Notes under the pieces: generated by a model
What the model saw: the letters and a program-made list of their open reading frames with translations, nothing else
Database searches by the model: none
Told to the model about the DNA's origin: nothing
Program-made: the position numbers and the translations under genes
Part shown: one piece after another, positions 56,546-64,000 of the stretch
Layout of the letters: the number at the start of each line of letters is the position of its first letter
Numbering within the stretch: position 1 is the first letter of the stretch
NCBI GenBank assembly: GCA_049968335.1
Contig: JBMFQZ010000013.1
Coordinates: 15,965-79,964 of the forward strand
DNA from: Verrucomicrobiia bacterium
GTDB taxonomy: Bacteria > Verrucomicrobiota > Verrucomicrobiia > Limisphaerales > JAKPVM01
Reading direction: 5' to 3'
Length of the DNA stretch: 64,000 nt

Positions 56546-59392
56546 TCACTGGCAGGCGCAGACTGGATAACGGTCTCCGAACACATTGTCAACGCGTCCT
56601 ACTGGAGTCCAGAATTTATAATCATATAGCCACTTTGCCGGGAATGCGGCGCGCTGGCGCGTGTATGGTTTGTCCCAGTTGTCGCTTGCGATTGTGTCTG
56701 CCGTGTGAGGTGCGTTTTTGAGCAGATTGTTAGATTTGTCTGCTGAGCCGGATTCTATTTCTGAGATTTCTTGATAGATGGAAATCATTGCCTCGCAAAA
56801 GCGGTCAAGCTCGGATTTGGGTTCGCTTTCTGTCGGCTCAACCATAATTGTTCCCGGCACAGGCCAGGAGATTGTTGGCGCGTGAAATCCGTAATCCATC
56901 AACCTTTTAGCAATATCTTCAACTGTGACATTTTTGAATTTTCGCATATCTAAAATGCACTCGTGAGCGACCATTCCGTTTTGTCCGCGATAAAGCACCG
57001 GGTAGTAAGGCTCAAGTTTTTTCGCAATATAGTTTGCGTTTAAGATTGCGACCTTTGAGGCTTGTTTTATTCCTTCAATTCCTAAAGAGGCGATGTAAGA
57101 CCAGGAAATAGTAAGGATGAGAGCGCTGCCGTAAGGGGAGCCTGAGACAGCTCCGACGTGATATTTATCTGGCTGTTCAAGCGGGCGCGCTGGCAAGAAT
57201 GGAACGAGATGTTTTGCGACACAGACTGGACCTGCGCCGGGTCCGCCGCCGCCGTGCGGGATTGCGAATGTTTTATGAAGATTAAGATGGCAAACATCGG
57301 CTCCGATGTCCACAGGACGGCAGAGCCCGGCGAGGGCGTTCATATTTGCGCCGTCCATATAGACCTGACCGCCGTTTTGATGTATGATTTTGCAGACCTC
57401 AATTATTGAATCTTCAAACACTCCATGGGTTGAAGGGTAGGTGACCATCAGAGCCGCAAGATGGTCTTTGTTCTGCAATGCTTTTTGTCTTAAATCTTCA
57501 ACCTCAATGTTCCCGTTTTTATCGCAGGCTACGGTTACAACAGAGAGCCCTGCCATTGCCGCGCTTGCCGGATTTGTGCCGTGGGCTGATTGAGGAATCA
57601 GGCAGATATTCCGTTGCGACTGGTTTCTACTGTTATGATAAGCGCGAATGATTAACAGACCGGTATATTCGCCTTGCGAGCCAGCCGTTGGTTGAAAGCA
57701 GATTCCTGAAAATCCGGTAATTTGCAAAAGCCAATCGCCAAGTTCTTTAAGCAGTTCGGCATACCCGCGAGTTTGTTCTGCCGGGGCGTAGGGATGAAGG
57801 CGGTTGAACCCCTGCCAGGAGAGCGGCATCATAGCTGAAGCCGGATTCAATTTCATAGTGCAGGAACCAAGCGGTATCATTGACGCAGTAAGCGATAGGT
57901 CGCGCGATTCAAGTTTTCTCAAATACCGCAACATCGCAGTTTCTGAATGATAAGAATTGAAAACTGGATTTGTTAAATATTGACCTGTTCGTATCAACTG
58001 CGGCGGTATCGGAGAGAGTGTTGAATTTAGCAATTGCTCAAAAAATTGCGGTTCTTGATTCTGATTATAGATTTTGAGCAAAAGATGCGCGTCATCAACG
58101 GTTTTTGTTTCATCAAACGAGACCGCTGTGGTGTTCTGGTCTATGACTCTGATATTGACGCCGTTCTGTCTGGCAATTTTTTCGATTTGACTTGAACTTA
58201 TTTTATCGGATTTTACGCAAACAGTATCAAAGAAACTTTCATAGGCGATGTTATATCCTAATTTTTTCGCTCCGTTAGCAAAGATTGCCGCGAGTTTGTT
58301 GATCCGATCGGCGATCTTTTTAAGACCGTCCGGACCGTGATAGACAGCATACATAGCCGACATAATTGCCGGCAGCGATTGGGCGGTGCAGATGTTGCTG
58401 GTTGCTTTTTCGCGGCGGATATGCTGTTCGCGGGTGCCCAGGGCAAGGCGATAAGCCGGTTTGCCGCGAGAATCTTTTGAAATTCCAACAAGTCTGCCCG
58501 GCATCTGCCGTTTAAAAGCCTCGCGCGTGGCGAGGAAACCGGCGTGCGGGCCGCCGTATCCCATTGGAATGCCAAATCTCTGGGCGCTGCCAACGGCGAT
58601 ATCAGCGCCGAGTTCTCCGGGCGATTTTATCAGAAGTAAAGCCATAAGGTCTGTAGCCACCGCGGCAAGGGCGCCATTGCTGTGAGCGGTTTGAACGAGC
58701 GATTCAATATCCCATATCTCTCCTTTAGTGGAAGGGTATTGAATGAGAATTCCAAATACGGTTTCATCTATTTTCGCTTCTGCAAGCGGCGTTACGATTA
58801 ATTCAACTCCGATTGCGTCGCAATGGGTTTTAACCACAGAAATGTTTTGGTGGTGAGCGTCCGCGCTGATGATGAATTTGTTTGCGGCAAGATTTTTTCT
58901 TAGCCGGTGGCACATCCGCATAGCCTCCGCGCAGGCGGTTGCCTCGTCCAGGAGCGATGCGTTTGCGATTTCAAGCCCGGTAAGGTCGCGAATCATTGTT
59001 TGAAAAACAAGCAAGGCTTCAAGCCTGCCTTGCGAGATTTCAGCCTGGTATGGCGTATACTGGGTATACCAGCCGGGATTTTCAAGGATATTGCGCTGAA
59101 TCACCGGCGGCGTAAAAGTGTCGTAATATCCCATTCCGATGAATGATTTGAAAACCTGATTTTTTGCTGCATAGTTTTGAAGCCTTTCAAGCGCGGCGTT
59201 TTCGCTGATCGGTTCGGGCAAATGAATGGTTTCTTTACAAATTATATGCGACGGCATTGCCCGAGATATAAGGTCGTCAAGGTCTTTTGCCCCGACTTCC
59301 ATAGCCATCTGAGCAATCTCATCGCGCCGCGGTCCTATGTGTCTTGAAACAAAACTATCGGTATAAACAATTTTATTGTTATCAGATTTCAT
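56546..59392 (-). CDS. gcvP: Glycine dehydrogenase (decarboxylating), single-chain P protein
   Basis: 948 aa with FVSRHIGP start, [25 protein letters not shown], and the PLP lysine context [18 protein letters not shown]. Confidence 0.95.
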   Translation of the reverse strand: MKSDNNKIVYTDSFVSRHIGPRRDEIAQMAMEVGAKDLDDLISRAMPSHIICKETIHLPEPISENAALERLQNYAAKNQVFKSFIGMGYYDTFTPPVIQRNILENPGWYTQYTPYQAEISQGRLEALLVFQTMIRDLTGLEIANASLLDEATACAEAMRMCHRLRKNLAANKFIISADAHHQNISVVKTHCDAIGVELIVTPLAEAKIDETVFGILIQYPSTKGEIWDIESLVQTAHSNGALAAVATDLMALLLIKSPGELGADIAVGSAQRFGIPMGYGGPHAGFLATREAFKRQMPGRLVGISKDSRGKPAYRLALGTREQHIRREKATSNICTAQSLPAIMSAMYAVYHGPDGLKKIADRINKLAAIFANGAKKLGYNIAYESFFDTVCVKSDKISSSQIEKIARQNGVNIRVIDQNTTAVSFDETKTVDDAHLLLKIYNQNQEPQFFEQLLNSTLSPIPPQLIRTGQYLTNPVFNSYHSETAMLRYLRKLESRDLSLTASMIPLGSCTMKLNPASAMMPLSWQGFNRLHPYAPAEQTRGYAELLKELGDWLLQITGFSGICFQPTAGSQGEYTGLLIIRAYHNSRNQSQRNICLIPQSAHGTNPASAAMAGLSVVTVACDKNGNIEVEDLRQKALQNKDHLAALMVTYPSTHGVFEDSIIEVCKIIHQNGGQVYMDGANMNALAGLCRPVDIGADVCHLNLHKTFAIPHGGGGPGAGPVCVAKHLVPFLPARPLEQPDKYHVGAVSGSPYGSALILTISWSYIASLGIEGIKQASKVAILNANYIAKKLEPYYPVLYRGQNGMVAHECILDMRKFKNVTVEDIAKRLMDYGFHAPTISWPVPGTIMVEPTESEPKSELDRFCEAMISIYQEISEIESGSADKSNNLLKNAPHTADTIASDNWDKPYTRQRAAFPAKWLYDYKFWTPVGRVDNVFGDRYPVCACQ

Positions 59393-59467
59393 AAATTCAA
59401 TTTGTTAAAAAATTATAAAATAATGAAGAATATCGTAATACAGCGCATCAAGATAATCAATTTGTAG

Positions 59468-60346
59468 TTAGATTTTAACAACGGCAGTCCAGAGGGTTGA
59501 GCCGAATTTATTTATGAATTTTTCGCGCAGCGATTCAGCAATCTCTTTTGAGTTTGCAATTGCAAATGTTGTTGAACCGCTGCCCGACATTAAAGAAACG
59601 ACGGCGCCGCGCTCCAGTAGAAATTCTTTATAAATTCCGAGAATCGGATATTTTTTAAACACTGGAGTTTCAAAGCAGTTAAAAAATCCAGCGGCTGCTT
59701 CTTCAAGCGGTTTAGTTTGCAATGAATTTATAAGATGTTGAGCCGTCAGCGGAACGTTGAATAATTCAGGATATTCAGCCAGTTTTTTATATGCCCATTG
59801 CGTAGAGACGCCAAATCCCGGATAAGCCATTAATAAAAATTTCTCTTTAAGCGCTAAGAGCGGCTCAAGCAGTTGAAGTTTTTCTCCTCTGCCGGTGGCA
59901 ATTGCAGGTTGCGGTTGAAGAAAGAACGGAACATCTGAGCCGATGGCTGCGGCGAGGGAAAAAAGTTGCTCCTGAGAAAACGGAAATCCGAACAATTCGT
60001 TTAGACTTAATAATGTATTTGCGGCATTTGAACTGCCGGCGCCGATGCCTGCCGCGATCGGTAGCCGTTTATCAAGATAGATTTCAACGCCCTCATTCTG
60101 GCTTCCTAATTTGTTTAAAAACGCGGCGGCGGCTTTATAGACAAGGTTGCGGGAGTCTGTTGGAAGGGCGGGATTGCTGCAGGTTAGACGAATTCCGACG
60201 CCTTTGCGCGAGAGTTTTAAATAGTCATACAAAGGGACAGGATAGAAGATTGTTTCAATGTCGTGAAAGCCGTCGGGTCTTTTTCTTAAAACCTTGAGAA
60301 ATAGATTAACTTTACAACACGATTCCTTTGTAATCTCAGTCATCAA
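59468..60346 (-). CDS. ispE: 4-diphosphocytidyl-2-C-methyl-D-erythritol kinase
   Basis: KVNLFLKVLRKRPDGFHDIETIF and IPIAAGIGAGSSNAA (GHMP kinase motif). Confidence 0.9.
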   Translation of the reverse strand: MMTEITKESCCKVNLFLKVLRKRPDGFHDIETIFYPVPLYDYLKLSRKGVGIRLTCSNPALPTDSRNLVYKAAAAFLNKLGSQNEGVEIYLDKRLPIAAGIGAGSSNAANTLLSLNELFGFPFSQEQLFSLAAAIGSDVPFFLQPQPAIATGRGEKLQLLEPLLALKEKFLLMAYPGFGVSTQWAYKKLAEYPELFNVPLTAQHLINSLQTKPLEEAAAGFFNCFETPVFKKYPILGIYKEFLLERGAVVSLMSGSGSTTFAIANSKEIAESLREKFINKFGSTLWTAVVKI

Positions 60347-60372
60347 AAAAAGTTAAAATTGCCGCAAGAATT

Positions 60373-60825
60373 TTAATTATCAAAAATTCTGAATCTGCTT
60401 CCGGGCGCGAACGGGATGACGTCGCCGCCGGCAAATCCGAGCGAGGTGTCGGGGGCAAAGGTCTGGTCTTCAATGAGGTTTGGTTTATAACTATCAGGAA
60501 AGACCGGATTTGGAGAGAACTTATTGGTGAACATTGGCTCATAACTCGGGAGCGGGAATGTGACGATTTCATAGGCGCCCATCAAGGTGCGGGCAAGGCT
60601 GCGGTTAAATCCCCGTATGAAGCCGGTGGTATACGCGCTATCGGCTCCTTCCCAGAGCGCAGACTGTTCTACCGAACGACGAATCTCGCCCATTCTGACA
60701 AATTCAGTCACATTTGTTATGCCGCGACCAAGTTTCTTCTCCGGACCGGCGCATCCGCTAACAATCGCGACAAGACCAATGACGGCAAATAAAAACTTCA
60801 ATTCGTTTCGCATACCTGACTCCAC
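60373..60825 (-). CDS. Small lipoprotein resembling the exosortase-system-associated TIGR04073 family
   Basis: Lipobox IVSGC, then KLGRGITNVTEFVRMGEI...GFIRGFNRSLARTLMGAYEIVTFPLP. Confidence 0.5.
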   Translation of the reverse strand: MESGMRNELKFLFAVIGLVAIVSGCAGPEKKLGRGITNVTEFVRMGEIRRSVEQSALWEGADSAYTTGFIRGFNRSLARTLMGAYEIVTFPLPSYEPMFTNKFSPNPVFPDSYKPNLIEDQTFAPDTSLGFAGGDVIPFAPGSRFRIFDN

Positions 60826-60922
60826 ATTACACCTGTTTCTGATTTAGTAAAGCCAAATTATCCCAAATTAACTTTATAATTGCAAACCTTTTATATAAAT
60901 TAAATCCAGCTGATGCTGGTGT

Positions 60923-62284
<1,362 letters not shown>

Positions 62285-62338
62285 CTTAATCTGGTTTATC
62301 CGTTCATTGGTGTCCGGTTAAGACTGATTATTTAAAGA

Positions 62339-64000
62339 TTAAACTATTCTGCCAAATTTTTTTGCCAGTTCTTTATAATTAATCTCTATGATGGTTGGTC
62401 TGCCGTGCGGGCAGGTATAGGGCATCTGGCATTGTTTCAGTTTTTCAATCAGTTCTATTAACTCGGTTTCAGTAAGCGGGTCGTTTGCCTTGACCGCGTG
62501 GCGGCAAACGGTTCTTGCGATGAGTTCTTCGTTTAGTTTTGACGGGCTTAATTCTTCAGACCGGATTTTTAATTCGTCAATCAGGTTTAACACGAATCTT
62601 TTCGGATTAGTTATTTTTAGAAATGTTGGCAGAGAATCAAGAAGGAATGTGCGTTCGCCGAATTCACTCAAGCCGACTCCGAGTTTGTTTAGGACGGCTA
62701 AATGTTTTCTTAAAATTTCCGATTCTTTGGCGCCGATATCAACGGTTTCGGGCAAAAGAAGTCTTTGAGAGGGGGCGTCGCTTCTGTCAAACCGCTCCAT
62801 CATCTGTTCAAACAGGATTCGCTCATGCGCGGCATGCTGGTCAATTAAAACAAGTCCGCGGTCTGATTCCATAACGATATAGAGTCTTCCAATTACGCCT
62901 AAGTATCGGAGCGGGACTTTTAATAACGGCGTGGCGCCGCTACCGGGTTGAAAATTTTGATTAAATTCATTTTGAGACTGAACGGATGTTTGCGGCGGTT
63001 TGTTTAACTCCGCCTGCGGGCATTTGACCTCTTCAATTTCCCGCGATTCTGTTTGTCTTGTTGAAGGTGGATTTAGAGAATGGCTTATCAGCGGTTGAAC
63101 TGCGATCTCTACAGGCAGTGAATTATCGGTTTGAAGGGGCAATTGAGACGGTTCAAACGTTCCGATTAATGGAACCGACGGCGCAGGTTGTTTTAGCGGT
63201 TGCGTTTGGGGTTGCGAGATAAACAGTGATTTTTCTGGCTCGTTCAGTTTGAACAGGACTGAGCGAATAGCGCCAGATACAAATTGACGGACAAGCCGTT
63301 CGTTTCGGAACTTGACCTCTCTTTTTGTCGGATGGATATTCACATCCACGGCGGCAGGGTCAATTTCAAGAAACAGAACGCAGACCGGGTAGCGTCCCTT
63401 CATCAATGCTGTGTGGTAGCCTTCAAGCAAGGCGTAGTTAAGTCCTTTGTTTTCAACTGGACGACGGTTTACAAAGATATGCTGGTCATCGCGCGTGGCT
63501 CTTGAAATTCCCGGGGCGCCGATGAAACCAGTCAGTTTTATCTTTACCCGTTCAATCACCGGAAAAGCCTCTTCGTTTTGATTAATTTCTGAAAAATCCT
63601 CTTTTAACTCCCCTTCAACATCAAGCGGGAGAAATTCCTGTTCCCATTTTTTTAGGGCGCGCAATCGTTCTTTGAGCGCGGTGAGGCGGACGGGGGATTT
63701 TATTGCCGGGAGTTGAAATATCAGGTGTCCATCGCGGATATACTCAAAGGCAACTTCGGGGTGGGCGATAGCGGCGAGGGTTAAGTAATGCTGGATATGC
63801 GCCTCTTCGGTTTGCTGGCTGCGGAGGAATTTGCGGCGCGCTGGGAGGTTGAAAAACAGCTGGCGAACTTCAACGGTTGTGCCTGCCGGGGCGCCTGCGG
63901 CTTTGACCGCCGCAATTTTGCCGCCGTGAACGATAATCTGCGTAGCCTCCTGAGTTGAATCGTTGTCCCGTTCGCGCGTTGTAAGGACAAATTTGCTAAC
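62339..64000 (-). CDS. mutL: DNA mismatch repair protein MutL, 5' end outside the window
   Basis: The reading frame is open to position 64000. Upstream of the Met listed in the ORF track it reads ...GTTVEVRQLFFNLPARRKFLRSQQTEEAHI... The C-terminal dimerisation domain has LIDQHAAHERILFE and CPHGRPT. Confidence 0.9.
   Translation of the reverse strand, partial: VSKFVLTTRERDNDSTQEATQIIVHGGKIAAVKAAGAPAGTTVEVRQLFFNLPARRKFLRSQQTEEAHIQHYLTLAAIAHPEVAFEYIRDGHLIFQLPAIKSPVRLTALKERLRALKKWEQEFLPLDVEGELKEDFSEINQNEEAFPVIERVKIKLTGFIGAPGISRATRDDQHIFVNRRPVENKGLNYALLEGYHTALMKGRYPVCVLFLEIDPAAVDVNIHPTKREVKFRNERLVRQFVSGAIRSVLFKLNEPEKSLFISQPQTQPLKQPAPSVPLIGTFEPSQLPLQTDNSLPVEIAVQPLISHSLNPPSTRQTESREIEEVKCPQAELNKPPQTSVQSQNEFNQNFQPGSGATPLLKVPLRYLGVIGRLYIVMESDRGLVLIDQHAAHERILFEQMMERFDRSDAPSQRLLLPETVDIGAKESEILRKHLAVLNKLGVGLSEFGERTFLLDSLPTFLKITNPKRFVLNLIDELKIRSEELSPSKLNEELIARTVCRHAVKANDPLTETELIELIEKLKQCQMPYTCPHGRPTIIEINYKELAKKFGRIV

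Overview
Chromosomal window from a Gram-negative bacterium. Gene content suggests a PVC-type lineage, but this is inference only: a DUF1559-like pseudopilin tail, a Tat-signal Gfo/Idh/MocA oxidoreductase, futalosine-pathway MqnC, a TIGR04073-like lipoprotein, many secreted glycosidases and almost no Shine-Dalgarno sequences. About one third of the window (7707-28217, minus strand) is one uninterrupted 6,836-codon ORF. It encodes a secreted mosaic surface protein with PPC, FG-GAP/VCBS propeller, LamG, animal-type C-type lectin, CARDB, InlB-B-like, FN3 and beta-helix modules, and it ends in a Hint (Hedgehog/intein) autoprocessing domain with no cargo after it. Three more secreted-protein genes follow it with gaps of 19, 6 and 14 nt: a 1,337-aa beta-propeller protein, a tandem rhodanese-like protein with both catalytic Cys replaced by Asp, and a 513-aa beta-sandwich protein. 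The giant gene has a 2,844-bp super-module periodicity that includes a ~937-bp almost identical internal repeat. The rest of the window holds housekeeping genes (htpX, pgi, mnmG, mqnC, prolyl oligopeptidase, gcvP, ispE, asnS, mutL), a LemA-TPM-TPM module and a glycan-degradation neighbourhood (GH39-like, GH38-like, discoidin proteins, a five-bladed-propeller glycosidase). Non-coding observations are a three-member hairpin repeat family with a compensatory base-pair change, a 40-bp-periodic triple TATAAT-containing repeat upstream of lemA, direct repeats flanking htpX, and a multiply frameshifted pseudogene. No rRNA, tRNA, CRISPR array, transposase or integrase was recognised. All domain calls come from reading motifs by eye. 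Sub-domain coordinates are approximate (about +/-30 nt).
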